Assembly (NCBI GenBank): GCA_977030845.1
Contig: OZ365113.1
Location: 26,412,001 to 26,476,000, forward strand
Length of the DNA stretch: 64,000 nt
Source: Fimbriosthenelais zetlandica
Lineage: Eukaryota
Reading direction: 5' to 3'
The number at the start of each line of letters is the position of its first letter. Within the stretch, counting starts at the first letter, position 1. Below the pieces are notes generated by a model. It made no database searches, had not been told where the DNA came from, and saw only the letters and a list, made by a program, of their open reading frames with translations. Of this stretch, positions 34,257 to 49,200 are shown piece after piece. The translations under genes and the position numbers were made by a program.

Positions 34257-37200
34257 ATGCGGACTAAGTGGGCCGTGGAGGCTCGTAAGGAGATCAGTGA
34301 GAAGCTAGAGCAGATCAGGAAGAACTGTGCAGCAGCCAGACGAGCTCTTCATGAGCTGGAGAAGTACAGAGCTGAACGCCTGGAGGAGGTGAGTGATAGA
34401 ATGTCGGAGGTACCGGGTCTGATCTGTTGGTGACTAAATTAAGTTAATACAATGTAGATAAGAGCCCTCTCTTGGTCAAGGCCAAGCCTTTCTATACTGA
34501 ATCGAAATTATAAACACGATAAAGAGTTTTTATGATGCATAAGCCATATTGTGCTGTTTGATACCTAAATCAAAATGTAGGCAAATATCGTCATAATTCG
34601 TGTATATAAGTTTTACTTCAATGTTTTGTTTCGTGTAGGCTGAAGAACTTGCCAAACAGTTCATCCGTGAGAAGAATCCTCATAGACGTGATTTCGCACG
34701 GACCACTACTCAACTGGAAGCGGTAAATACGGCCGTATTCCTCTTAAACAGTCGCCTTCAAGACGGTATGTTACAAAATATGTACTCCAGGGCCATGTTG
34801 GGAACACCGGGGAAAACCTTGAATTAAAAAGACTGAAAATTTTGGGCAAGATCCTGGAGAAGTCTTGGAAACATGTACTAGATTTAAAAAATAATTGATT
34901 TCACTTGTTCCAATATAATTTATGTTCTCTATATGTATAGTGAAAACATTTTTATATAGTCATAACAGGGGTTCCTACTGAGTCATGAAAAGTCGTGAAA
35001 TCCGCATTTTGACTAGTACTTGTTATTTTGAGACAGTTCGACATGGAAGTTCGTCTGTTCCCCCTCGTTCAAGTGATCATGAAATTCCTAATTTTTGTCA
35101 CGGAAAGTCATGGTAAAATAATAAAATTTCAAACTAGAGATTTTATGGAAACCTTGGCTAAACCTTTCTGGGTTCTTATTGTCGAAAATAACACATTGAG
35201 TTCTGTTTCTGGACTGTACTCTATTAATAATTCTAAAATTTTGATCTGAATATTTCTTTTTCCGCACCCAGCTGAAGCTGATGAATCTGATAGCTGTAGT
35301 GAATCAGATGTGGAGAATCACGAGAAAGAACAGAATACAGAAGTAGGTGCTTGCTCTGGGGGCCCCCCTCCCCTCAACATCAAAGAAGAACCAGGAACCT
35401 CAGTAGACAAATCTCCACCTGGATATGTATCCCAGGGAGAAAGTCCCCCAGAAGAAGCCCGCAGCCCTCCTAATATACCAGCGGAGAGTCTGATACTTCA
35501 GCCCAGTGTACAGGCCCCCCCACCGACCATTGACAATCCTGGACATGCCCCTGAAGCTCCCGGGAAAGACAAAGACACCATTAACCATATAGACTCTGAG
35601 CTGCGAAGAGAATCTCTGGAAAGATCTGAAAAAAGAAGCAACCCTGATAGAGCAACTGCCGCAAGTAGCCCGGGGAAAGAGCTCAACGTAGTCTCTCCAG
35701 AGCCCCAGTGTATCGGTGAAGCTTCTTGTCCAAGTCCAGAGCCTCCACTTGTGAATAAACACAAAGCCAAGAGTAAGGATATTATTCCTGAAATGGAGGA
35801 GAATAAAGAAATGACCCAACCCACTACTACGGGAGGTGCGGGTGGGGAAGAGGCTGTGGATATGGGCCCGGTAGTCGACAAGCTTGAACTGGATCCGGGA
35901 AAGAACTACGAAGTGATAGTCCAGCATATGACTTCCCCCTGGCTGCTGTGGGTGCAGCCTGGTTCCAGCTCTGAATTAGACGACCTAATTGATAGCATGG
36001 AGTAAATAGAACTTTACTTTATTTCTTAAGCATAATTCAATGTGGCACTGTCACATATCAGTTACTCAGTATGCGTCAGAAACCCTGTTTTAGCACAAAA
36101 TTGTGCATTGGTTACCGGTAGTTAACACAAATTTGTCCAGTTTAGTGTTTTGTTAATTTAATTAACCGTTACCCTCGTCCTTTATATAGGTACCACTATA
36201 AAGCTCTAGAAGAGCAGCCACCTCCCGAACATCTCACTGTTGGTATGACAGTTGCTGCCTGCTCCTCAGTCTACAATCTATGGTATCGAGGTCGAGTGAC
36301 CGCCTGTTATGGTAAGACAAATTGAAATCTTTGAACTGAAAAATTTCGGAGTTTTGAAAACATGTTTACTATTTTGGAGTTGTTCCTTATTAGATTAAGA
36401 GAGAGTACTGTATTAGAAACCCTCAGAGCTCGGGACCATGAAGAAGTCTTCACTGTTCTGAGATGTTCCTTAATACTTAAGGTGTTCATTAATAAAGTTT
36501 TTACTGTATTTTCACATAGAATTGAACGAGAAGAAGTTGGCTCGAATCTTCTTCATCGACGTTGGAAATTTAGAGTTGGTAGAATACCAAAATATCCGTC
36601 CATTGGAAGCTAAATTTTCCCAACTGCCGGCTCATGCCATCCCCTGTGCCTTGGACGGGGTAAGTTATCATTTTAGTATCTTTCACATGTTCGATTTCTT
36701 GGAAGAATTCTCCGACTGAGAGAAAGAATTCAGGTTTTCCCCATATACTTCCGTTGTCAGTTCCGTTTTCATTTCCCTGTGCTGATAATTTATATTATAT
36801 TTTGTGATTCGTTCAACACCCATTTATCATTTTAAAGCTGATTTTTGTTCACTTTTTGCAGATTTGCCCTCCAAACCGGAGCCCAACATGGCCCGAATCC
36901 AGCTCCAAATACTTACTGCTGATCATCCACAATAGCCAGGGGACCACATTCGATGTTTCTTTTACTCAAGTTCCAGACTGCCCAGTCTGGTTCACGGGGC
37001 TACATGTCCAGCAGACTCCACCGCACATTCCCGTCCAATCCCGGAGCGGACCTGTGGCCACTGAACTCCTCCACATCAACAAGGTGGGACTTGTATTTTT
37101 TGAGGGTGGGCAATTGTTTTAAGGTACATATTTTTACTCTAAATGAAAGTAATATTCAAAATATCGCAGTAAAACTTGTTGTATTTTATAGAAGAGAAAA

Positions 37201-40200
37201 ACAATTTTTTGTTAAAATTTCTGAATGAAGACTCTGATAAAAGCTGCCTGAAAATACATTGTAAAATGTAATTGGTATAAATAAAAAGCTTTCAAACTTC
37301 AAAGGTGATGACAGACCATCAAAAGGCCCAACGCATGCGCCGTGAAGACATAGCCCGAGCCATCACCCCAGAAAGCCTGGGCATCGAGGAACCGAAACTG
37401 AAACCAGGGACCGTGCTAGTGTCTCATGTGATGGACTTTATGGATATATTGAGGAGCCAGTCCCCGCGTCAGATCGGCCTTAACGTTCCCAATACTCCTG
37501 ATAATACTGCTAACAAATCATGCCCCGAGCCAAAGAAAGTTTGGGAGAGGGTCCTCAATCATTATTTACCCAGTGATAGTAAACCACCCCGTCAGAAAAC
37601 TTCAAAGGTGAAGAAAGAGACTGCGAGTTCACCCGTATCAAATCCTTCAGGGAAGAGCATTAACATAGAAACTGCTGGGCAGAAGGGACCGGGAGATCCT
37701 AGCCATTCTAAAACAGAGAAATCTAAGAAACGCTCCGGTCAGTCTGGAGAACATGCCAAAGAACAGAAACCAAAAATTCCTCAGCCATCCACTCCCACTC
37801 CATCTAAATCCTCATCATCTAAGTCATCAAAAACCCCAAAGGCATTGACCAGCTACCAGAGTATGCGCTTCCCACCGCAGGTGGTGGAACTGGAGGAGAT
37901 ACGCTTCGGGTTTCTTATAAGCTACACTGTTTCCCCATTTGATTTCTTCATTCATATTGTGGATGAACAAACTTCCAACTGGTACAACTGGCTGTTTCGC
38001 CGCCTCAAAAACTATGCCCAGGAGTGTAACCTACCTGCCCTCCAGAATTTGGTCAAGTTGCCCCTCGAAGTTCATGATGCCTGCGTCGCAAAGTACATCG
38101 AAAATGACGAGGTCGGATATTACCGCGCTGAAATCCTCGAAGTATTAAAACCCGCCAAACAAACTGCATCGGCCGCGTCAGAGAGTCATTGCCGGTTCAA
38201 GGTTCATTACGTTGACTTTGGCAACCAAGCCGTAGTGAAGCAGGAAGATGTTTTCCCGCTTCAGCCAAAAATTGCTGGAATCCCAGCTCAGGCTGTGAGG
38301 TGTAAACTGGCTGGGATCAAACCTAAAGAGCTGAAGATGGAGGGTGTGGACCGGAGTGATGAGAAGAACATTTCTGATTGGTCGACAAATCCTGACCAGG
38401 AATTCTATGGCTACATACATGACTATATCCCAGGCACTACTCTAAGGTAATTCATTTTACTTAAGACTTTATGTCACACCAGATATTTGGATTAAAGCTC
38501 TGATTTTGTTCGCGATACTACTGCAACAAAGGTGATGCTTATAATTGTGGTTGAAATGATGTGTCCAAGACATTAAGACCATACTGGTTCATTTTTCAAA
38601 TTAGTTGACATAAAAATTAGTTGACATAAAAATTAAACCTTTACATATTTTATTCTTTTACATATATTCTCCCCAAAAGAGGTGTTTACAAAATCTGTTT
38701 CCCTCTTAAATCTTTTAATCGCGACATTGATCGGTTCCGGTATTGTTTCAGACCGTCGCTGTCAGAACCTCTAGAGTTGGTTGTGTTCATGTGGGATGGA
38801 GTTGAAGAGGTGAACATTAATATGGAGATGGTTAAACAAGGCCTGGCTCAACTGTCAGGAGATGTTCTCACATCTATGGGTGCGGATGCTGGCCAAACGA
38901 CTGCAGGTTAGTATTTCATTTTGAAAGTCATCCTCCACTTCGACCACAATTTACTTTTTATTGCTACGATATTGTTATTAATTCCAACAAATTTGAAGTA
39001 AAACCAGCCGTTTTCCACTTCAATGGTGAATTTCCAGAGAAAAACCCTTGGTTTTATAATTAATGGTAAATTTCAAGAAGAAAATACCTGAGTAAACCAA
39101 CGTATAGTGAACACTTTGGCATATGAGAAAAAGTGTTCACATCATACCTCAGAAAAGTTGTTCACTGTAAGTCAAAGATCTTCCCTAATGGAGGTTGCTT
39201 TCTGTATTTATTTAGAGATATTTTATTTTATCTTTTACATACCTTATCATGATGAAATGAATTTTTTGTTTAATGTAGTAAAATGTGTTTTTGTGTGAAT
39301 GCAGTTGCTAGTGAACCAGTCGCGAGTGGGTCAGTCGCCACTGGAGCAGTCGCCAGTGGACCAGTCGCCAGTGGACCAGTCGCCGGTGGACCAGTCGCCG
39401 GTGGACCAGTCGCCGGTGGACCAGTCGCTGGTGGAGCAGTGGACCAGACCGGTGACAAAGAAAAGATAGCTAAGTGGGACCCAATGATGGACGATTACTT
39501 CTCTATCAGGAACAACTATGACGTGGATGTGCACGATGCAGGCGTGGCTCTCACTGGCTACAGTAAGTCATAATTATCACACTACTTTTATTACCACATG
39601 TTCAATATACGGGGCCGAGTCGTAGTGCAGGCTGTAGAGTGTAGTGCGATTTCATTATCTTAACGGTCTCTGACTCTCATCAGATCAAATTGAAGTAAGA
39701 TTAAAAATCGGCATAAAGTGTATGAAGATAAGATCATGATCGGGATGATTCTCTCATAGATCTGTGCATGTCAGATCTTAAAACTGATCAGATCATTTTG
39801 AGAGAAGAGTAGGACATTATGTCCCGACAGCACGTTTCCTCTCGTCGATAGCTGGAAAATGCTGACTGGACGTTAAACAATATACAAACAAGAGATCATA
39901 TGACAAACAAACAAAATGCATTCAAATACAGTAAAAAACTATAATGAATATTAATATGAAACACAATCGGAGGGTGTCTGATAGGTTCCCTCAAGAACTC
40001 GGGACTCTGTTGCAGATTTTTATCTTTTACTTTTAGTAATTATTTTTCACAGGTCGCCCCGAGCGCCCTCTTTGTTTTCTCAATGAATTCCTTTGCAGAT
40101 GGTTAGGGGTTAACAACTTGTCTAATAAACAAAATACATTGTATAGGCTACAAGAAAGAAAATGTAAAATTTTTACAACTTATATAGAATGCAGGCCAAA

Positions 40201-43200
40201 TATATTGACATGCTCTAGGTATATGAACATGCTAAGAGACAAAGTGTTATAACTGTTGATTTAGTGGATGTCGAAAAAGTCGAGGTTCTGGCGAGGTTCG
40301 AACTCGCGACCTTCTGCGTGTAAAGCAGACGTGATAACCACTACACCACAGAACCTCTTGCTACTGTTGCTTGGCGATATTAGAGTTTACTCGTAACTCT
40401 GGTTGTATGCACCTCTCTGAGTCTCAGCGCAATCTGGCGCATTGAGTAGATACCAAAAATATGGCTAAATGATGATTGATAACTTCTATATGGAGGTGTA
40501 TTCGGACGTCCAGGGTCTCACGCCCCTGGATGCCCCCCCTATCCCCCCACCCCCCTCATCACTGGAGGCGAGGGGCGTGTCGTTATGCGGACACGACTGG
40601 CCGCCCCTTCATTATTACGTCTCATCAGAACCTAACATAGCTCCACAACCAGCAACTTTTAACTACCGATAAAATCAATCTAAATCCATTCCCCTTGTAT
40701 TAGTCACAACGGAGGAACGGAAAACCTCTTTGTCCTTTTTTGCAGTTCCATGCAACCCTCCTCCCCTGTACTTTTAATGTTAAATCATTTGCCTGCTATT
40801 GTGTACAAAAGAATTATTGCTTGATGGAAATTAGATTTAATTTTGAGATTAATTTAATATCTGAGGTGTCCAGGTATTTTAAAACCACTGAGTGGAGCTC
40901 CAAGAAGTGGTTGTTTTGTTGAATTCTACAACTGTTAAAGTCTATGTCTTAAATAATATCTTAATAATTTTTCGGGAACAAAGCATTAATATAAAGTTTA
41001 AAATTTGGATGTATATAAAATGTATGTATGATCAACTGTCTAATGGCTGTGCATACTCATCCAAGCTAAGGCCATTTCCTTTTTTGTTCCATTGATTATG
41101 TGGCTATTTTTAGTTCTGTCTCTGTCGGGAGTTAGTATCGAAGGTTGCCACGCCCTGTTAGAACTTTACATCTTTGTGAGGAAAGGCAAGACGAACAGAA
41201 ATCCTTGAAATTCTCTCATTTTCTCTCCTTTCCTTCCTCACTCTCCTCATCTCCTGTCTGCGTCTTTTATCTCTCTGTCTAACTCTCCCCTCTCTCTTTG
41301 TCTCATTATATATCTCTCCCCTCTCTGTCTTTCACTCTGTCTATCTCATAGCTTGTGGTTTGCCTTTCCCTTTTTTAAGAATACATACACGAAAAGATAA
41401 CTCCCCGGAATCAATATAATATGAATCAGGAAAAATCCCAGCTGGTCTCAGAGTATACGTATATGAACTCTATATTAAAAGGTCACACTAGCTCAGTTGC
41501 TTCGATTGACAGATCATTGAAAGGTTTACAATCGATCACAAGGTTTATAGTTCAATCCCCCGAGCTGTCCGAGGTATTTTCACTGCCTCCCTCTTGATTA
41601 GGATATTGCAATGTGTATATATATTATCTACGATAATATCTGCATTTGGGAAATGTGTATTGCACAGAAGCCAATCGATACTTTCCCCTGGAATGATACA
41701 AAATTATGATCATTCTAAATAAAATGCCTTTCAGATAAATGCCTTGATAAATTCGCATGTCAAGATGGTCTTAGAAAATAAGCATGGCACCTTAATAATG
41801 CATCAATGCTTAGTAAGTTTTAAGACTGATCTATCTTTTATCAAGCCATTATATGATGACTTAATTTAAAACACCTGTAACTTTTTAATGACTTAGAGTG
41901 ACTTTGATACATCGTTATCACATCCTGGCACTGCCTGTTAAGCATACAGGGATGTTTCTCACATACAAAGTCTTGGTTACCTTCTTTAATCATAAATGCT
42001 TAGAACTAGAGCTTTAAGCGACCCGGTGCCTGCAAGATGGACATGAAAAGGTGGACATGCAAAGAAGAACTGTCAGTGGTAATGGATGGTTCCCTGAGAA
42101 TGAATCCGGCACTCATGTATCAGCGACATGAATGAAGAATTGCTGATTCATGGTGTGAAATTGACAGGGAGCAGAAATGCCGAGGATCCTAAATTAATTA
42201 TCTTTGGATAGTCAGAATTTGCATTTAACGATTCTGACTATATCCTACAGAAAAAATACACAATTTCCATTATTCAAAAAAAAAACGAAAGCCTGATAAA
42301 AAAATTGGTTTCTCAACTTAGGACAGATAGTAAATTCGTGGAAGAAAATAGTAATTTCATAAAAGAAATACCATATATATATATACTGAGTCTTTACTTA
42401 CTACTGCTACTTAATGAAAAGACTACTTGCTTTTGATTTTCACGATTTATTTTATGGAAAAGCAAAGGTTTTGATACTATAGTAGTAATTTAGATCTAGT
42501 GACAAATCCCCATATGGAATGTATTGTTCATGAATGACATTCATTGACATCATGACTTGTGGGTGTCTGCTGGCACGTGTACAATCACTTCAGACTGGAG
42601 AACGTTTCCCTTTGACATTCTCCACTTTTCATATTCAGTGTCTAAACGTCTAGCAGACAAAATGTCCATGTTTTCATTCTGGATCGTACTTTTCTTGCCC
42701 GTTTTTGGTGTGTCCGGTCTCTGAATATCGTCAAACTGTGTGACCAGTGGGGACTTGGCCCACAGAAGGCGTTTATTAGGTGAAGCTTGATTACCGTTAT
42801 GCAATCTTTGTGTTGGATTGACATTACCCTGTGCCGCGGTCTTGTTATGTTTTGGGGTGTTGGGCGCCCGCTTTGGTATCTCCCCCACCCAGTATGGACC
42901 CAGCACCCATGAGTTGGTCTCACTCTTTGGACTTTTCAATGTGGTAGTCACTCCGTTTTGATTAGCTCCTGGTTTGGGGAGATTTTTCTGTTTGGGGAAG
43001 GGACTTATACCATTACTGCTTCCCCCAGACGTGCTGCCCACTGTGGAGGCCAGGGTTATATCAGATGTGCTCCACGACTGTGCGGAGGACATGGCCGGGG
43101 AGAGGTCTTCCCCCGGCGACGTTTGTTCCACCCCTCCCGTCTCCTCGACAATGGTGGGTTGACTCGTGCTGAACCCGTACCCAGTGGGATGAGTTCCCCC

Positions 43201-46200
43201 AACCACCACTTTATTCCGGTTTGGCACAACTCGTGGATTTTGACTGGACTGTTTATGGGGAACAGGAAGCACTTTGTGGGGTCGGTCCTTATCAAATGGT
43301 CGCATTGAAGCACGACGGACTGAAGGGCGTGCGGGCCTTATGGTGACCCGCGACCCCATCTTGACCAGGACATGGTGTTTAATGATTTTGAAACAGTAAT
43401 AGATAATATCACGCATTTGATCTGTTCTTTTAAAGTGAAGAGCAGTACTGAAAGTAGCCCTGACTATCATTAATGGAAGCAGGGCGCTGAGGTTGTCATT
43501 GGCAACATCCTGATCAGCCACATAGGCACAGGAATCACAGTTCAAAAATATATACAATGCACCGGGCAGATAACAAGTCAACTGCAGTACTATGTCCACA
43601 CGCGTGGCAAAGATGACGGGTGATGTCAATTCTAGTAATGAAGGCTCTGGGATTTTGTTCCTAAAAATTAATACTTGGACACCGATATGTACAACTAGCA
43701 GCCACACAATGCTCAGACTGATGATGGCAGTGACTAGGCCTAGGTAGTCCAGGGTAACATACCTCAAGAACAAACATTTCCTATTGACAGAATTCCACCC
43801 CATCTCGTCTTCTGAATTCCACCCCATGTGCGGAACGAAGCCTATCACAAAGGATCCGTTCCAGAGGAATGTCATGCTGAATATGGTTCGGTGTTTGTCT
43901 TGTTTTCGATCGAATCGCACCATGTCCTTGAGCATGGAGAAACACATGGTAGATAGCATAACATGGGTTAGATTAGAGGCTATAGTGGCCGTGAAGAGAA
44001 CGCTCTCAGGCAGGAAGCAATTGACCCATTCCCAGGTCATGGCTGGAATAAATTGCGTCATTTTAATCACCCCGAAGATGCCGACTAATGCGTCGGCCAC
44101 ACACAAACTCCTGAGGAATATCATCATGGGAGTCCTGCCCCCGCTGACAAATTTAGAAGCCACTAGGAGGCCCACATTGATGAGGAACACTATAATGCCG
44201 ACACAGCCTGTTGTCACCATCAGTGCATAGACGGTTGTCGGTGACAACCAGGTTAGCTCCGGGCTTTCTTCACCAAGGGACAAAGTGCCATTTTCCTGGC
44301 TCTCTGTCCCTCGTCCCGAGACCCAGATCTCCCCCAGACCGTCGGATTGGTTATCCAGGAGGCCCCTGTCCAAACCAAACGAATGCCCCGAGTCGATCTG
44401 AGTGAAAGTTTCCTCAAATTCCGCCTTTTGAAATATTGCATGTTGTGTCTTGGTTTGTGAATGGATGACAGTTGGAGGTGAAATGCTGTCACTGTCAGTC
44501 ATCATGACTTGACCTGTCACTGTTGGCTGCCACTTGAATGCTTCTTTCGGTGGCATGTCAAAAATAATGGCTCAGTACTTGATTAAGGCATTGCCTGAAA
44601 AAGAGAAAGTATAGGTCAGGATTCAAAAACTTGTAAAATACAAGTACTAAGATATTTGAGAGGACTGAGCATTATGTAAGATAATGAGGTAAAGATAGTG
44701 AATTCAACTAATAGATGGGCTGGGTCGTTTTAATGTAAGAGTGCCACTTTTTTCGTTTATGTAACATTTTCTCAGATGACTTGATGAGTAGGAACATAGT
44801 TGGCGTAAATACATGGAACTCCTATACTCTAGCAGAAGTAGTTCAGTCTGTCTCTAATCAGCCGCAGTCACCTGTCTCCTACACCAAAGGAACCAAATAA
44901 GCACTCACGACCCTGAGTTCATGGCACATCCATTGATTTGAGGCTTTAGTCACTAGTGACCTGCTAAGCTTCAATTATCAAGGAACCGGATATTCACCAT
45001 CGGCGGTGTTGCTTGCCATTAGTTCCATCTTAAGCCCGGATTCCACCGCTGCAGTTTTGCATGTGACACTACTACGACAAGTGTGATGCTTCCGTCCTCC
45101 ACTGCAAAATGTACCAGTGGAGGACGGCCTTAAGGTATTGGACACTTCCACCACAAGCGTGAAGTTATACATTTGGTTCCGACACAACATCACCTTTGTC
45201 GCAGTAATGTCACAAACAAAATAGCAGCAGTGGTGTCCTAGCTTGAGACGGAACCTGACTTTAGTATGCTGTACTTTTGGCCTAACTTCAATGATAGATT
45301 TAGTGAATCTTAGTGAAAAGACGGCTTGGGATTTAAACCCAGACTACTTTTTTTTGCTTTGTAGCAGGCCATCAAATGAGCTGGTATTTACATTTGATGG
45401 TCTTTTATTCCCTTATCATTAGCGGGAATAACTGATGTTGCTTTCTCATCTAGGGCCTGAATTATTTCACTTGTCATTGCTTCTGGCTTTGTCTGTGATT
45501 CAGTATGAGAAGCAGCGGTACCTAATGTGTAAGTTATAACTGGCTATGATTTAATGCCAGGTGAGAGATGGGTCTGTATATTATATTAAGGCGTGGCACT
45601 ATATCAGAACCTTGAGAAACACAGCTCTCTGATGTTTGTAAACATATACTTTAATTGAAGAGGTCGATTGTTTATGGTTCCATACACGCCCTTTAAAATA
45701 ATTAGTCTCAGTATCGTCAATGATGGATATTTTGGATATGATGGATTATCCAGGATATTTTTTCAGTATTAGTCAGTATTTTTCATGGAAGAACCATGGA
45801 TTCCAGGAAGATTCTAATAGATTTGAATGATTGTATATATGAAATGTTGGCCATTTAATAACAGGATTCCACTGCTGGGATTCTGCTTGGAGGTATACTA
45901 AGGGCAGGGGTAGTGGGCAACACTCGGCAAATTGAGAAAAGAAACTGTTGTGGATGGGAGGGGAGAGGGTGTGGGAGGATGGAAGTAGTGAAGGAGGTAT
46001 GTGTGAGAAAGCTAGGGGAGTCCCCCTGGGGCTTGGGGGTCAGCTAAATGTGTAAACCTATCACCAACCACTATGTGTTTTTGCAAAAAAATTGGTTATG
46101 TGTACATTAGCTCTCGATAAAAAAAAATCGGCCCTGACCACAGTAAACCGCGAGGTCCCCCATCGCGCCAAAAGTCAGCACCGATCACCCGGTTCTGACC

Positions 46201-49200
46201 ATCATACGCTCGATTATTTGAACCAATTTTTGATAAGTTCCCGATTGCCTCTGATCGCAAAATCGGGATGAAGACCTGGCCAGTGGACTCCAGGGTTAAT
46301 ACTCTGTTTATGGCAATAAAGTGATAATGCTAAATGCTAAATATTGCTTGGACAAAAACAAAATTTGAGTATTTCCTCTTATAGAGGTAATCTAGAGGCG
46401 CTTACTCACATATAAGGTAACTTTTCACTCTCCTGTTACTGATTCAAATTTTGGTTTAGTGTGGAGCCTACAGAATAAGATCCTAGTACTTACCCTATAG
46501 TTTATCCTACCTGAATTATTGAAAAGTAAAGTGTGCCATATTATACTAACCTTGACAGCTTTGGAATCTAGCCATACGTCCATCTGAACTCAACTATATA
46601 TTGTGATCCGTCCTTTTATCCACGAGCGGGCCTAAAGTCGGACTGCCTTGTCAAGCTCCCTCCTCCTCCACCCGGCATTCTCTCTTCTGCTTAGTAGTTC
46701 TCCAAAGGTAAAATGGGAGTAATTTCCATCACCCAGTCACCCACAAACAATCAGTGGTCCTACCCTGCATTGTGATTCATCCCTACCTCCACACCACTAT
46801 AGAGTATGTCCTGGTCGGCCTGCTCAATTTAACTAAATGACATCAGTCGATACTCGTAATAATGACTGAATGGCATGGATCGTTGATATTTAGCTCAACG
46901 CTCCAATCCGAGTGCCTCACCACTTGTTGACAATTGGCTCCCGCATCGATAGAATATTAATCTCGGGTGCTACCACCACCACCACCACCACCACCCACAC
47001 CTTCAACCTGACAACGTGGGTGGGCCCTTTACAAACCATAAGGTTAATAGGTTAGTTATTGGATTAATCGAAGACAGTTTCCAAGCTGCCGTGTTAAAGC
47101 TGTCCATGGCAGTTAATGAATGTCATGGTTTTATCTAAGAATACCTTCATTTAGTGATGGTACCTCCAGTGAACAACTGGAGTCAGACTGGTTCAAACAC
47201 GTGTCCGTATAGCGTGGGGGCCAGTTGGTCGGGATCTTTGCGTTACCTGCTTGTGAGGACGGTCTGGTTGTGTCTGTGGCAGTAACTGATGGCACCGTTT
47301 TCAGACATTGCAACCCTTCTGCTCATCCCCTGCGCTGCTACAGGTGCATTCACGTGGTTCATCTTGCAGACTATAACTTAAATAATTGGCTTTCAAAGTA
47401 GTATTGTAACTAAAAAAAAATCACACATAGAGGTGATGGGTGGGTATTAAGTGGCACTTTTTGGAAGGTAATGGCCGCCTTCATAGATGATATAATTATA
47501 AGGGTTCATTACAAATCATTGAATACGCTTCTGCTTATTTATACTTTTTTTTAGTTAGAATTTTTATAGAGCCTGTTATAGGTGAATACCAGCTCACACT
47601 CTTGATTACTCAAGTAAGTTTCTCGCATGATTTTCAGCTGTGTTTTGCAGTCTAGTGTGTTGCTCTCATCAAGGCAATGAATGGTAATAGAGGTAATAGA
47701 ATGGCAATTGAGGCGTACCGTTTTCAGATCGTCTCATCTTGTCACTGAGACGACGGTCCTTACCTCTTTATTTTGCAGAGAGTTTACGTTAGCCAATAAA
47801 ACTAATGAATGTTACTAAAAAGCCTACAAAGCCTTCCCTAAAAGTTGAGGCATTGTTCGCTGAATCATATTTCAACCAGTATGGGGTAATTTCATAAACA
47901 GTCTTGTGATGGCATCATAGGCATCATAGACACCTGGACATTCCTTGAAAATCAGAAAAGGGTTTCAGTGGTGGAAAGTCAAAGAAAATCAGACCTGGAG
48001 AAATATTTTCTGACAAAATAACCCAGGCTTGCTTAGTCTGAATAATTTTGAATAAATGCAGTTTTATATCTAAAGCTTAAGAATGCCGATATATTAAGCG
48101 AGAATGTGCTATGGAACTGCGTATAATGCATGAAGATGGCGTATAATGCATGAAGATGGCGTATAATGCATGAAGATGCATTATAAGAGGCAGATAGTCA
48201 GTCCGCTCACCTGTTGTGTAAGGAAGTTGAGATCATCTAATTAGAGTCCTTGCTTCCTCTCTTATTCTCTTATTCCTGACGTGCGAGCGTCTGGTTTACA
48301 GGCTGGGAGGAGTTAGGTGGATCCTCTAGGGACTTGAACCTTGAAGGGTGTCAACAGGTTCAGTCTTTACCAAGAAAAGTATAGCCAACCAAAGCTCATC
48401 GACTTCATATTAGTGCCTGCCCTAATAGTCCCCTCTGTCAATACTGTCTCTCGTCTCAGGGCTTAACGCAATCTAGTTTGACCCTGGCTAGACTGACTGG
48501 AGAAGAATCATTAGTATATTTATATATATTATTATAAAAACTGGCCTTTTTATGGCACAATATCTAATCATGCCACTGCCATAGAAATGAATGGGTACAC
48601 CTAGTATGCCAGTACAAATAGCCCAGCTCAAAAAATACTGAATAATTATGCAGTGCATCACACAAAAATACAGGAGTGTGATTCTTTGCTAAGGAACGCT
48701 ATCAATGCATCTTCAATGGTAATTTTAAAAATGAGAGCTAATTCGAATTTTCGTATAGCTTAAATTCAGTTTCCTGATTGTGTGGAACCAAAGGAAGAAA
48801 TACATCAGATCAAAGCTTTATATTTCTTATTAACAGAAATCTTGTCTTTGATTTTATATTTTAACATCGTTATCCTACATTTTGGAATAGTTCTCTCTTC
48901 GGTTTGGGCTTGGACTCCCAACTGATCCAGTTTCTGATCTATATGTAGAAATATTAAACTCTAGTCTTATCTGGATGTGACATATCTCGACTCCATTGCT
49001 GCGGTTTTGCTTGTGACACTGCTGCGACAAATGATGTTTGTGTCCCATTGAAAAATGTACTAGTGGTGGAACGCCTTGTACACTTCAAATACAATTTCTG
49101 TCGCAGAAGCGTCACAAGCTAAATGGCAGTGCCAGCTTTAGTATTGCAATATTATCAATGTCCCTGTGAGTAATACACTCATTAAATATTACATAATGGT

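Noticed and set aside
40053-40101. Candidate 49-nt exon (SRPERPLCFLNEFLCR) after the Tudor exon ending at 39562
   Set aside because: The acceptor is plausible, but the exon exits in phase 2 and I found no downstream phase-2 exon. The gene is in frame without it.
47220-47380. Minus-strand ATG-initiated segment with a donor as a coding first exon of the GPCR
   Set aside because: Splicing to the 44594 acceptor is out of frame with the GPCR ORF. At most it is a 5'-UTR exon or uORF, and it is unsupported.
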